The position numbers and the translations under genes were made by a program. This document shows positions 1 through 9,140 of a stretch of DNA of 24,000 nt, one piece after another. Numbering within the stretch: position 1 is the first letter of the stretch; each line of letters opens with the position of its first letter. Below the pieces are notes generated by a model. That model was given only the letters and a program-made list of their open reading frames with translations, had not been told where the DNA came from and made no database searches. Source of the stretch: Dehalococcoidia bacterium (GTDB taxonomy: Bacteria > Chloroflexota > Dehalococcoidia > E44-bin15); NCBI GenBank assembly GCA_030610655.1, contig JAUWRG010000005.1, forward strand, positions 1 to 24,000. The letters run 5' to 3'.

Positions 1-79
1 ACCTGCTCTACTGTTTGTAGACTTTTATCGTTCATGATTAGCAGCATGTCCCAATCATAAACGAGCTGCCTTAGTCCTT

Positions 80-135
80 CAGGCTTATCTTGTGTTAGAA
101 ATCGATACCCTCTCCAGGCTCATCTTGTGTTGGAA
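80..135 (+). repeat. Direct repeat upstream of clpC: two 21-nt copies with a 35-nt period, possibly a regulator binding site
   Basis: caggcttatcttgtgttagaa (80-100) and caggctcatcttgtgttggaa (115-135) differ at 2 positions. They lie just upstream of the putative clpC -10 box. Confidence 0.5.
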
Positions 136-166
136 GAGACTGGCTCTTTTCTTTTCAAGGTGAGTG

Positions 167-175
167 TGTTATAAT
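167..175 (+). promoter_or_regulatory. Putative extended -10 promoter element for clpC
   Basis: tgttataat matches TGnTATAAT about 38 nt upstream of the clpC ATG. I saw no convincing -35 box. Confidence 0.4.
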
Positions 176-212
176 ATAGCCTAATTACTCCTCGCAACTT
201 TCAAGGAGGAAG

Positions 213-2675
213 ATGTCCAGCAGATTCGAGAAGTTTACCGAAAGAGCGCGCAAGGTGCTCACCCTGGCTCAAGAGGAGGCCCAGCGACTCAATCACAACT
301 ACATCGGCACAGAGCATATACTGCTGGGTTTGGTTCGGGAGAATGAAGGTGTTGCGGTAAAGGTTTTAGCCAATCTCGGTGCGGATCCCGATAAAGTACG
401 TGGTGCTGTAGAGTTTATTATTGGACGAGGGGAACGAACCGTTAGTGGCGAGATTGGGCTTACCCCTCGCGCCAAGAGGGTTATTGAGCTCGCTGTAGAC
501 GAGGCGCGCCGCCTCAATCATAACTATATAGGCACTGAGCATCTACTGCTTGGATTACTGCGTGAGGCTGAAGGGGCTGCCTCTAGCGTCTTAGAAAGTC
601 TTGGTGTAAACTTGGACAAGGCCAGGGCAGAGACTTTGCGAATTCTCAGCGAAATCACGCCCCAGGCGCGCGGGAGTGCCCGTTCCACATCCAAAACTCC
701 GACTCTGGACCACCTCAGTATAGATTTGACCGCTGCCGCTCGTGCTGACAAGCTCGACCCTGTTATCGGACGCCACAGGGAGATCGAGCGGGTTATTCAG
801 ATACTCAGTCGGCGCACAAAGAACAATCCTTGTCTTGTTGGAGAACCAGGAGTAGGCAAAACAGCCATTGTGGAGGGCTTAGCCCACCGCATTGTCACCG
901 GCGATATCCCTGAAAGCTTACATGACAAGCGGTTGCTCACTCTGGATATGGGCGCGCTGGTGGCAGGCACGAAGTATCGCGGCGAGTTTGAGGAGCGGCT
1001 AAAGAAGGTTATCGATGAGATAAAAACCTCGACCAACTGTGTGTTGTTCATTGATGAGATGCATACTATCGTCGGTGCTGGTGCTGCTGAAGGAGCTATC
1101 GATGCCTCCAGCATATTGAAGCCCCCACTTGCGCGAGGGGAACTGCAATGCATTGGAGCAACCACCGCTGATGACTATAGGAAACATGTGGAGAAGGACG
1201 CTGCTCTGGAGCGAAGGTTTCAACCAGTCCCAATTGAGGAGCCGTCGATAGAGCAAACCATCGATATCCTCCGGGGTATCAAGAGCCGCTATGAAGACCA
1301 TCACCAATTGAAGATAACTGATGATGCGCTAAATGCTGCGGCTACACTGGCAGCAAGGTATATTCCTGATCGCTTTCTCCCCGATAAGGCAATCGACCTA
1401 GTGGATGAGGCTGCCTCTCGGGTAAGGATCAAGAATTATGCACCCCCAGATAGTGTGAAAGACGCCGATCATGATCTGGAAACAGTGCGCAAAGATAAAG
1501 AGGCAGCTATCGCCTCCCAAGAGTATGACTATGCATCAGAGTTAAGAGAGCGAGAGCTGGTGCTGGCGGCAAAAACAAAGAAGATACGGGAAGAGTGGCT
1601 GGAGGAGCAGAAGCAGGTGGAGAAGGTGGTCAGCGCGGAGGATATCGCTCATGTCCTGAGTATGTGGACTGGGATCCCGGTAACCAGTCTGGCTAGAGAT
1701 GAGACCACTCGTCTCCTTCAAATGGAAGACGTCCTGCACCACCATATCATCGGTCAAGATGAAGCGATCAATATCATCTCGAAAGCCGTGAGGCGCGCTC
1801 GTGCTGGGTTCAAGGACCCGCGGCGACCAATCGGCAGCTTTATCTTCCTCGGTCCCACTGGGGTGGGCAAGACAGAGTTGGTGAGAGTACTTTCCGAGTT
1901 CCTTTTTGGCAACCGAGACGCGTTGATCAGGCTAGACATGTCAGAGTTTATGGAGAGGCATGCAGTGGCTCGCCTTGTTGGTGCGCCCCCTGGATATGTG
2001 GGCTACGACGAGGGGGGGCAGCTCACTGAGGCAGTGAGGCGCAAGGGCTACTCGGCAATCCTGCTTGACGAGATTGAGAAGGCACACCCCGATGTGTTCA
2101 ACATTTTGCTCCAGGTCTTCGACGACGGTCATCTCACCGATGCTAAGGGAAGGCGAGTGGATTTTCGCAACACCATCATCGTGATGACCAGCAACATTGG
2201 CGCTGAGCTGATAAAAAGGGACACGACTCTGGGCTTCGCCGTTAAAGCCGATGATGCGACGGATCAGCAAAAGTCTTATGAGCGAATGAAGGGAAAGGTG
2301 CTCGGGGAGATGAAGAAATTCTTCCGACCTGAGTTTCTCAATCGCATCGACGGCGTTGTGGTATTCCACGGGTTAAACAAGGAGCACATCAGGCAAATCG
2401 TCGATCTCATGCTTCGCGAGGTGTGGAAGGAGCTTGTGGAGAAGACTGTGAAACTTGAGGTCACCAACGCCGCCAAGAACCTCATTGGCGAGAAGGGCTT
2501 TGACCCTGTCTTTGGGGCCAGGCCGTTGCGGCGTACCATTCAGGATATGCTGGAGGACCCGCTTTCAGAGGCGCTTCTGCGCGGGGACTTCCAAGCCGGG
2601 GACACAGTGCTTGTTGATTGCGAGGATGACAAGATCGTCATTCGCACCCTAGCGATGGCACAATCCCCTGCATAA
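213..2675 (+). CDS. clpC: ATP-dependent Clp protease ATP-binding subunit ClpC (class I Clp/Hsp100 AAA+ chaperone)
   Basis: 820 aa. It has two N-terminal Clp_N repeats ([14 protein letters not shown] and [14 protein letters not shown]), two Walker A motifs ([16 protein letters not shown]) and a UVR-like linker. The RBS aggagg lies at 204-209. Confidence 0.93.
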   Translation: MSSRFEKFTERARKVLTLAQEEAQRLNHNYIGTEHILLGLVRENEGVAVKVLANLGADPDKVRGAVEFIIGRGERTVSGEIGLTPRAKRVIELAVDEARRLNHNYIGTEHLLLGLLREAEGAASSVLESLGVNLDKARAETLRILSEITPQARGSARSTSKTPTLDHLSIDLTAAARADKLDPVIGRHREIERVIQILSRRTKNNPCLVGEPGVGKTAIVEGLAHRIVTGDIPESLHDKRLLTLDMGALVAGTKYRGEFEERLKKVIDEIKTSTNCVLFIDEMHTIVGAGAAEGAIDASSILKPPLARGELQCIGATTADDYRKHVEKDAALERRFQPVPIEEPSIEQTIDILRGIKSRYEDHHQLKITDDALNAAATLAARYIPDRFLPDKAIDLVDEAASRVRIKNYAPPDSVKDADHDLETVRKDKEAAIASQEYDYASELRERELVLAAKTKKIREEWLEEQKQVEKVVSAEDIAHVLSMWTGIPVTSLARDETTRLLQMEDVLHHHIIGQDEAINIISKAVRRARAGFKDPRRPIGSFIFLGPTGVGKTELVRVLSEFLFGNRDALIRLDMSEFMERHAVARLVGAPPGYVGYDEGGQLTEAVRRKGYSAILLDEIEKAHPDVFNILLQVFDDGHLTDAKGRRVDFRNTIIVMTSNIGAELIKRDTTLGFAVKADDATDQQKSYERMKGKVLGEMKKFFRPEFLNRIDGVVVFHGLNKEHIRQIVDLMLREVWKELVEKTVKLEVTNAAKNLIGEKGFDPVFGARPLRRTIQDMLEDPLSEALLRGDFQAGDTVLVDCEDDKIVIRTLAMAQSPA

Positions 2676-2703
2676 ATGGTAAGGGTGGTGCTAAACACTT
2701 TCA

Positions 2704-2760
2704 AAAAGAGCTTAATAGCTCATATTCAGAACTCAAAGAGAGCAACTAAGCTCTTTTTTT
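2704..2760 (+). terminator. Putative rho-independent terminator after clpC
   Basis: aaaaagagctta (2704-2715) is the perfect reverse complement of taagctcttttt (2747-2758), and the T-run continues to 2760. The loop is long (about 31 nt), so the call is tentative. Confidence 0.45.
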
Positions 2761-2783
2761 ATTTCACTTTAGCGGAGTGAACA

Positions 2784-3084
2784 ATGGAAACTAAATTTGA
2801 TCCTCAGAAAACTGCCCTCTTGGTTTTCGATATTTTGCAATACCGACCTCGACCTCTTTCTGCGCACTCGTGGCATCGATACCTTAATAGTGGGCGGCGT
2901 GGTTACCAACGGCTGCGTGGAGAATACCATTCGGGGTGACCGTGAAAGGGATTACCATGTTATTGTGCCAAGTGGTTGCTGCGCTGCCGTAGTAGCTCAG
3001 GCCCACGATCATGCCATTAACAACGTTTTCCCTGGCCTTGGGAGGGTGAGAGCCTCAGACGAGGTTCTGGAAGTAATGAGGTAA
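2784..3084 (+). pseudogene. Isochorismatase/cysteine-hydrolase family gene with an internal deletion and frameshift
   Basis: The ATG at 2784 (RBS ggagtga) encodes METKFDPQKTALLVFDILQ, the family N-terminus with the ALLV-D motif. That frame then terminates. The +1 frame (ORF 2797-3084) encodes the family C-terminus NTDLDLFLRTRGIDTLIVGGVVTNGCVENT...VIVPSGCCAA. Roughly 90-100 central codons, including the region of the catalytic Lys, are missing. Confidence 0.7.
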
Positions 3085-3120
3085 ACCAATAAGGTCGACT
3101 GCTGCACCACTGCTGAATGT

Positions 3121-3151
3121 AAGGTGCGAGGCATTCTCGGCCTCGCACCTT
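3121..3151 (+). terminator. Strong hairpin downstream of the pseudogene
   Basis: aaggtgcgaggc (3121-3132) pairs perfectly with gcctcgcacctt (3140-3151) across a 7-nt loop. There is no clear U-tract afterwards. Confidence 0.4.
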
Positions 3152-3292
3152 CTTATCGCTTGTGGTATCTTCGTCGCCTGCTCTTTTGTGCCTCATGCCC
3201 TTGACACACCTTTACCGCAATCTCCCTCATGTACTCAGTATACCCGTAGTTTAAAAACTGTATAGTATGTCTTGGACACCGCACACCCCCTG

Positions 3293-3322
3293 ATTGAGTC
3301 GCCTGTGTAGCTCATGTATAAT
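3293..3322 (+). promoter_or_regulatory. Putative sigma70-type promoter for radA-larE-larC
   Basis: ttgagt (3293-3298), an 18-nt spacer, then tataat (3317-3322) preceded by tg (extended -10). It lies 33 nt upstream of the radA start. Confidence 0.45.
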
Positions 3323-3354
3323 ACGGTAAACCGCTTGAGGAAAGAGAGGCCACT

Positions 3355-4740
3355 TTGGAAAAGGGTCGCCGCACGGTCTTCATCTGCCAGCAATGTGGCC
3401 GCGAGAGCATAAAATGGTTGGGCCGCTGCCCTGACTGCGAGGGCTGGAATACCTTTGTGGAGACTGTGGTTCGCCCACCAAATAGCCGTCGCAGCACCTC
3501 ACGCGTCCTATCAACTGCCCCTCAAGAGCTCTCTCAGGTCTCCGGTGAGCAGACCCCCCGCCTGACTCTATCCTTCGCTGAATGCAATCGCGTCCTAGGA
3601 GGAGGAGTCGTGCCTGGTTCACTGGTGCTTATCGGCGGTGACCCGGGAATCGGAAAATCAACGCTCCTTCTTCAGGTGTCCGCCGCGGTCGCCCAAGGTG
3701 GTAGGAAGGTGCTCTATGTTACCGGCGAGGAGTCGCCTACGCAGGTAAAGCTGAGGGCGAATCGCCTGGGACTGGGAGGCGAGTGGCTCTTCATCCTGCC
3801 CGAGACGAACATGGAGGTCATCCTAGAGCAGCTCGAGGAAGCATCCCCTGACATGGTTGTCATCGATTCTATTCAAACGGTCTACCTTGACCAGTTAGAC
3901 TCAGCGCCAGGGAGTGTGGGGCAAATCCGTGAGTGCACCATGAAGCTGATGCAATGGGCAAAAAACGCTAATGTGCCTGTTCTGCTTTCAGGGCATGTCA
4001 CCAAGGATGGAGCCATCGCCGGGCCAAGGGTCCTGGAGCACATCGTCGACGCCGTGCTCTATTTGGAGGGCGAGCAATTTAGTGCCTACAGGCTGCTTAG
4101 AAGTGTGAAGAACCGTTTCGGTTCCACCAACGAGGTGGGAATCTTTGAGATGAGGGGGAACGGTCTGGTGGAGGTGCCTAACCCATCCGAGGCTTTCCTC
4201 TCACAGCGGCCTAAAGAAACGGTGGGCTCCGCTGTAGTGCCCACACTGGAGGGAACTAGGCCACTTCTGGTGGAAATTCAAGCGCTCACCAGCACTACCA
4301 GCTTCGGCTTTCCCCGACGCACCGCTAACGGCGTGGACTTCAATCGCCTACTTCTAATCACCGCGGTGCTTACCAAGCGAGCCGGCCTCGCTCTGGGAAA
4401 TCAGGATATTATGGTCAATGTGGTTGGCGGGCTCAGGGTGAATGAGCCTGCCGCCGATCTTGGCATCGCGCTTGCCATCGCTTCCAGCCTGCGTGGCGCC
4501 GCTATAGACCCCAATCTGGTTGCCATCGGGGAGTTGGGACTCAGCGGTGAGCTGCGAGCGGTGCCCCACATAGATAGGAGACTCAGCGAGGCAGCGAAAT
4601 TGGGGTTTAAGCGCTGCCTCGTCCCAAAGGCTACCAAGGAAATCGCCCCCCAACAAATGCAGCTCATCGGCGCAGAGTCGGTTAGAGAAGCGTTACGAAA
4701 GGCGCTAACTAAGGGTGGAGACAAAGCTGATTCAACTTAA
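3355..4740 (+). CDS. radA: DNA repair protein RadA/Sms
   Basis: 461 aa. It has an N-terminal zinc finger (CQQCG...CPDCEGW), the Walker A motif GDPGIGKST, the KNRFG motif and a Lon-protease-like C-terminal domain. The start codon is TTG, with the purine-rich RBS gaggaaagagagg upstream. Confidence 0.92.
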   Translation: MEKGRRTVFICQQCGRESIKWLGRCPDCEGWNTFVETVVRPPNSRRSTSRVLSTAPQELSQVSGEQTPRLTLSFAECNRVLGGGVVPGSLVLIGGDPGIGKSTLLLQVSAAVAQGGRKVLYVTGEESPTQVKLRANRLGLGGEWLFILPETNMEVILEQLEEASPDMVVIDSIQTVYLDQLDSAPGSVGQIRECTMKLMQWAKNANVPVLLSGHVTKDGAIAGPRVLEHIVDAVLYLEGEQFSAYRLLRSVKNRFGSTNEVGIFEMRGNGLVEVPNPSEAFLSQRPKETVGSAVVPTLEGTRPLLVEIQALTSTTSFGFPRRTANGVDFNRLLLITAVLTKRAGLALGNQDIMVNVVGGLRVNEPAADLGIALAIASSLRGAAIDPNLVAIGELGLSGELRAVPHIDRRLSEAAKLGFKRCLVPKATKEIAPQQMQLIGAESVREALRKALTKGGDKADST

Positions 4741-5506
4741 GTCCTTATTAAACGGGCTGGGCTCGGTGGTCATTGCCTACTCTGGAGGCGTCGACAGTAC
4801 CCTGCTTGCTTCGGTTGCCAATGAAATCCTCGGCGAGAGAGCGCTGGCGGTTACCGCTTCCTCACCCATTCACCCCACTTCTGAGACCGCTAAGGCCTGG
4901 TCTTTAGCTCGCCAACTGGGAATTCGCCATATCACAATTGAGACCAGTGAGATGGACAACCCATTGTTTGTAGCTAATGACCCACAGCGCTGTTACTACT
5001 GTAAGCGAGGACTTTTCGCGCAATTAAACCACATCGCTGACAAGGATGGCGCATCCTTCGTGATCGATGGCACAAACTACGATGACCTGCAAGACTTTCG
5101 CCCGGGGAGAAAGGCGGCTGAGGAGTTCGGGGTCATAAGTCCCCTTTCCGAGGTAGTCCTCACCAAGGCAGATATTCGCTCTATTTCCCAAAATAGGGGG
5201 ATTCCCAATTGGGATAAACCCTCCTTGCCCTGCCTAGCCACCCGCTTTCCACATGGCACCCCGATCACAGTTGAACTTTTGGCTCGTATCGCCAACGCTG
5301 AGCAATCCCTTACCAAGCTAGGGCTTTCTCAGTTTCGGGTGCGCCATCACGGCCCCATTGCCCGCATCGAGGTCAGCAATGGAGACTTGGCACTTTTTGC
5401 CGACGACAAAATGCGGCTTCTTGCAGTGGAGGAGCTCCGTGCCCTGGGCTACAGTTATGTTACTCTTGATCTTGCGGGCTACCGCCCTGGGGGAAGAGCC
5501 TCTTGA
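4715..5506 (+). CDS. larE: ATP-dependent sacrificial sulfur transferase LarE (PP-loop ATP pyrophosphatase)
   Basis: 263 aa. It carries the PP-loop YSGGVDST, an LPCLATRFPHG motif with the conserved Cys, and a VTLDLAGYR C-terminus, and it is collinear with LarE. The GTG start overlaps the radA 3' end. Confidence 0.8.
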   Translation: METKLIQLKSLLNGLGSVVIAYSGGVDSTLLASVANEILGERALAVTASSPIHPTSETAKAWSLARQLGIRHITIETSEMDNPLFVANDPQRCYYCKRGLFAQLNHIADKDGASFVIDGTNYDDLQDFRPGRKAAEEFGVISPLSEVVLTKADIRSISQNRGIPNWDKPSLPCLATRFPHGTPITVELLARIANAEQSLTKLGLSQFRVRHHGPIARIEVSNGDLALFADDKMRLLAVEELRALGYSYVTLDLAGYRPGGRAS

Positions 5507-6684
5507 AGATTGGCTATTTCGATTGTTACTCCGGATTGAGCGGCGATATGATCCTGGGCGCCATCCTGGATTGCGGGTTATCCCTTGATTTGCTTACTGC
5601 CGAGCTGGCCAAGCTCCCCTTACAGGGCTACCGAATATTGGCTCAGCCAGCGACACGCGGGATCATCACCGGAACCCAAGTAACGGTCGCTGTCGAGGAT
5701 AGTGTCAAACAGCACCGCGATCTGAAAGATATTCTTGACCTGATCGAAAAGAGCAGCCTGTCTCAGGAGACGAAACGCAAGAGCGCCCTTATCTTCAGTC
5801 GCCTCGCCGAAGCAGAGTCAAAGGTTCATCGCATTCCTGTAGACGAGGTCCATTTTCACGAGGTTGGGGCCATCGATGCCATCGTTGACATAGTAGGGGC
5901 AGTAATTGGGCTTGAGCTCTTGGGGATCGATGCCCTCTTTTCCTCTCCTCTGCCTACGGGAAGCGGCACAGTGAAAACCGAGCATGGCATCATTCCCATT
6001 CCTGCACCAGCGACCTTAGAGCTTATCGCCTCATCGGGGGCGACTGTTCGGCCTAGCGCCTCCCCTGACATGGGGGAGCTGGTTACCCCTACCGGAGCGG
6101 CCATTACTACCACCCTGGCTTCCTTTGACAGCCCGACATTTTCCCTGGAGCGCATCGGCTATGGTGTGGGAACGCGGGAGATTGAAGCTATCCCTAACGT
6201 GCTTCCTCTCTGGCTCGGGGAAAGAACTCACAAAGAGCACCCCCTAGTGCTACTTGAGACCAATATCGACGACATGAGCGCTGAGCTTTACGGCCACGTC
6301 ATGGACCGTCTGTTTACACAGGGTGCACTGGATGTTTGGTTCACCCCGATCCAGATGAAAAAGAACCGCCCGGCGGTGATGCTTAGCGTCCTTTCTCCAT
6401 CTGAAGCGGAGGGGCAGATGATGGAGACGATACTCCGTGAGACATCCACATTGGGGGTTCGAGTGCAGCGGATGGAGCGCCACGAATGTGAGCGCGATAT
6501 GATCCCGTTCGATTCCAGCCTGGGCAGGGTTATGGTGAAGGTGAAGCGTTTTCATGGTAAGCGGATTGGCCTATCGCCTGAGTTTGAGGATTGCCGTCGT
6601 CTTGCTCAGGAACATGGGCTTCCCCTCCAAGATGTTTATCGAATCGTCACCGCTGAGGCCTGCGCCCAACTTCTTAAGAAGTGA
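5503..6684 (+). CDS. larC: Nickel-pincer cofactor biosynthesis protein LarC (DUF111 nickel insertion protein)
   Basis: 393 aa. The N-terminus MKIGYFDCYSGLSGDMILGAILD is typical of LarC/DUF111. The start overlaps the larE stop (ttga). Confidence 0.82.
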   Translation: MKIGYFDCYSGLSGDMILGAILDCGLSLDLLTAELAKLPLQGYRILAQPATRGIITGTQVTVAVEDSVKQHRDLKDILDLIEKSSLSQETKRKSALIFSRLAEAESKVHRIPVDEVHFHEVGAIDAIVDIVGAVIGLELLGIDALFSSPLPTGSGTVKTEHGIIPIPAPATLELIASSGATVRPSASPDMGELVTPTGAAITTTLASFDSPTFSLERIGYGVGTREIEAIPNVLPLWLGERTHKEHPLVLLETNIDDMSAELYGHVMDRLFTQGALDVWFTPIQMKKNRPAVMLSVLSPSEAEGQMMETILRETSTLGVRVQRMERHECERDMIPFDSSLGRVMVKVKRFHGKRIGLSPEFEDCRRLAQEHGLPLQDVYRIVTAEACAQLLKK

Positions 6685-6689
6685 GATCT

Positions 6690-6860
6690 CTTGGGCAGCT
6701 GCCCACCAACGAATCATGGAAAAGCGCTGTGCCAAATGCCGCTCGTGGTGAGCCCTTCGGCTACGCTCAGGACAGGCTTGTCGAACCGTTCGTGGTGAGC
6801 TTGTCGAACCATGAACGGCCCTTCGAGGCCCAGGTTCAGGGCGAACGGAACAAACCTATT
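6690..6860 (+). repeat. Intercistronic repeat element (family whose translation gives spurious GYAQDRL / VVSLSNHERPF peptides)
   Basis: Internal direct repeats are tcgtggtgagc (6743-6753 and 6790-6800) and cttgtcgaacc (6777-6787 and 6800-6810). The 18-mer gcccaccaacgaatcatg (6701-6718) recurs inverted at 16568-16585. cccttcggctacgctcaggacaggc (6753-6777) resembles the minus strand of 10330-10353. Confidence 0.65.
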
Positions 6861-6941
6861 TGGGGAGTGAGCGTGCTTATGTTGCATGAGAGAGACCAAC
6901 GACCCGAGGTTAAGCTGCCTCCTCCGAGAGAGCGAGGTGAG

Positions 6942-7505
6942 ATGTCTGTGGAGGAGGCCATCGCCAGAAGAAGGTCGGTGAGAAGCTATAGGGGGGATAC
7001 TTTGTCACTCCCCGTAATCTCCCAAATATTATGGGTAGCACAAGGGTTGACAGGTACTGGAACATATAGGGCAGCACCGAGCGCCGGCGCTACATATCCA
7101 TTGGAGGTTTACGTTTTTGTCGGCCGGGAGGGCATTGAGGGACTTGAGGAGGGAATCTATCACTACAATATAGAAAGCCATTCCTTGAGCTTGCACAAAG
7201 CGGGAGACCTGAGGGGAGAGCTTTCACAGGCAGCTTTGTATCAGGACTTCATTGCCCAGGCACCGGTGGATATTGTGCTCTGTGCCATCTACGAACGAAC
7301 CTCCCGACGCTATGGAAGGAGAGCAGAAAGATACGTTCACATGGAGGCAGGCCATGTGGGTGAGAACGTTCATCTTCAGGCAGTGGCACTGGGTCTGGCG
7401 GCGGTAATGGTGGGCGCTTATGACGATGAGAAGGTGAGACAAGTGATGGGCTTGGCGGAAGAGTTAAACCCCCTCTATATAATCCCCGTGGGAAAACCGA
7501 GGTAA
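6942..7505 (+). CDS. SagB-type nitroreductase-family dehydrogenase
   Basis: The ORF is open from 6681, but its first ~87 codons are repeat-element sequence. The ATG at 6942 has the RBS gaggtga and gives MSVEEAIARRRSVRSY, a typical nitroreductase N-terminus. PSAGATYPLEVYV and the GHVGENVHLQAVALGL motifs fit the SagB/ThcOx subfamily. An alternative start is the ATG at 6880. Confidence 0.75.
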   Translation: MSVEEAIARRRSVRSYRGDTLSLPVISQILWVAQGLTGTGTYRAAPSAGATYPLEVYVFVGREGIEGLEEGIYHYNIESHSLSLHKAGDLRGELSQAALYQDFIAQAPVDIVLCAIYERTSRRYGRRAERYVHMEAGHVGENVHLQAVALGLAAVMVGAYDDEKVRQVMGLAEELNPLYIIPVGKPR

Positions 7506-7518
7506 CCCGCAGGCAGCA

Positions 7519-9111
7519 CTATGCCTTTTCGGCACTCTTCAGCAGCCAGTACTCAAGGCTATCGGCCAGCGCCAGCCAGCTCGCCTCGATAATGTTGGTG
7601 GAGCTACCCACCGTCCGCCACTCATGCTCCCCATCGCTAGATTCAATGAGCACGCGTACCCGCGATTCCGTGCCTGCCGTTTCTTCTATCACGCGAACTT
7701 TGTAGTCAACCAGCCTCACCGCTGCCAATCGAGGATAGAACACTAGAAGCGCCTTGCGTAACGCGGCATCCAGGGCATTCACTGGGCCGTTCCCCTCGGC
7801 GGCAGTGTGAATTATGTCGTTGCCCACTTTCACCTTGACTGTCGCTTCGGATAACAGCTCCTCCTCGTTCTCCAAAGTCGGAGGGCGTCGCCTCTTTTCC
7901 ACCACTACCATGAAATCGACCAGCTCAAACGGTGGACGATAATCAGGCTGAGAACGATGGATAAGCAGTTCAAAGGAGGCCTCAGCACCGTCATACTGGA
8001 AGCCACGGCTCTCCATAAATTTGACCCGTTCCAATATAGCATGTGCCTGTTCACTCTGATGGGTCAGATCTAATCCCGTCTCCCTGGCCTTCCGTATGAT
8101 AACTCCCTTGCCCGACATCTCAGATACCAATGTTCGCCATTCGTTTCCCACCGATTTGGGGTTGACATGGTGATAGCTTTCCTCCCACTTCATCATGGCA
8201 GCGATATGGAGGCCAGCCTTATGGCTGAAGGCACTGGCCCCCACGTAGGGAAGGTGGCTATCAAGGGTCAGATTAGCCACCTCGCTTACAAAATGAGCGG
8301 CTTCAGTCAGCCTGGCAAGCTGCTTGTAGGGGATACAATCAATGCCCATCTTTAGCTTCAGAGCAGGGATGACGGAGCACAGGTTGGCATTTCCACAGCG
8401 CTCCCCGTAGCCGTTAATGGTGCCTTGAACCTGAATTGCTCCCGCCTGGACCGCGGCTAAGGTGTTGGCCACGGCAAGTTCAGCATCGTTATGGGCGTGG
8501 ATACCTAGCTTGGCTTTGGTTGCCTTTCGCGCCGCCTTGACAGCGACAGTCACATCCGCCGGCAATGCCCCTCCATTTGTATCGCACAAGATGACACATT
8601 CAGCGCCCGCCTCAGCAGCAGCATTGACCGTCTTTAGAGCATATTTAGGATTCGATTTGTAGCCATCAAAGAAGTGCTCCGCATCGAAGAAGACCCTTCG
8701 CCCATTTGATATTAGATAGGCTACAGAGTCAGCGATCATGCTGATGTTTCCATCTAAAGTGGTCTCCAGAACTTCGGTTACATGATGGTCCCAACTCTTG
8801 CCTACCAGTGTTATCACACTTGCTCCAGCGTCCAACAGGGCACGAAGTGTGGGGTCTTTTTCAGCTTTTTCATCGGGCCTTCTGGTGCTGCCAAAGGCAA
8901 CGAGTACCGCTTTGGAAAGAGCCAACTCAGAGGCCCTGGCGAAAAACTCCTCGTCTTTAGGGTTTGCCCCTGGCCAGCCCCCCTCGATAAAGTGTATGCC
9001 CAACTCATCAAGCTTTCTCGCAATCTTGAGCTTGTCCTCAACGCTGAAGGATATACCCTCCCGCCCTGCTCCATCGCGTAATGTGGTGTCATAAAGCTGG
9101 ACTCGCTTCAT
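7519..9111 (-). CDS. cimA: (R)-citramalate synthase (LeuA-related family, long form)
   Basis: 530 aa. It has LYDTTLRDGAGREGISFS, HAHNDAELAVANTLAAV and a C-terminal LeuA-allosteric-like domain. It is a paralogue distinct from the leuA at 16758-18275 and is the last gene of the operon. Confidence 0.72.
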   Translation of the reverse strand: MKRVQLYDTTLRDGAGREGISFSVEDKLKIARKLDELGIHFIEGGWPGANPKDEEFFARASELALSKAVLVAFGSTRRPDEKAEKDPTLRALLDAGASVITLVGKSWDHHVTEVLETTLDGNISMIADSVAYLISNGRRVFFDAEHFFDGYKSNPKYALKTVNAAAEAGAECVILCDTNGGALPADVTVAVKAARKATKAKLGIHAHNDAELAVANTLAAVQAGAIQVQGTINGYGERCGNANLCSVIPALKLKMGIDCIPYKQLARLTEAAHFVSEVANLTLDSHLPYVGASAFSHKAGLHIAAMMKWEESYHHVNPKSVGNEWRTLVSEMSGKGVIIRKARETGLDLTHQSEQAHAILERVKFMESRGFQYDGAEASFELLIHRSQPDYRPPFELVDFMVVVEKRRRPPTLENEEELLSEATVKVKVGNDIIHTAAEGNGPVNALDAALRKALLVFYPRLAAVRLVDYKVRVIEETAGTESRVRVLIESSDGEHEWRTVGSSTNIIEASWLALADSLEYWLLKSAEKA

Positions 9112-9140
9112 CGACTAGCTCCTCTTGCTATTCCCGAACA

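Noticed and set aside
1-35. Possible 5' end of a divergent minus-strand gene (the ATG at 35 reads MNDKSLQTVEQ... off the window edge)
   Set aside because: Only 11 codons are visible and there is no convincing RBS, so it cannot be supported from this window.
299-2652. Numerous 60-142 aa ORFs antisense to or out of frame within clpC (e.g. 797-1165, 1941-2369, 2455-2652)
   Set aside because: They lie entirely inside a well-supported 820-aa ClpC reading frame. They have low-complexity Arg/Ser/Pro-rich translations and no RBS or family signatures, so they are shadow ORFs.
6681-6941. N-terminal 87 codons of ORF 6681-7505 (MRSLGQLPTNESW...VVSLSNHERPF...)
   Set aside because: This stretch is made of the intercistronic repeat element. 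The nitroreductase homology and a good RBS begin at 6942, so the extension is an ORF-calling artefact.
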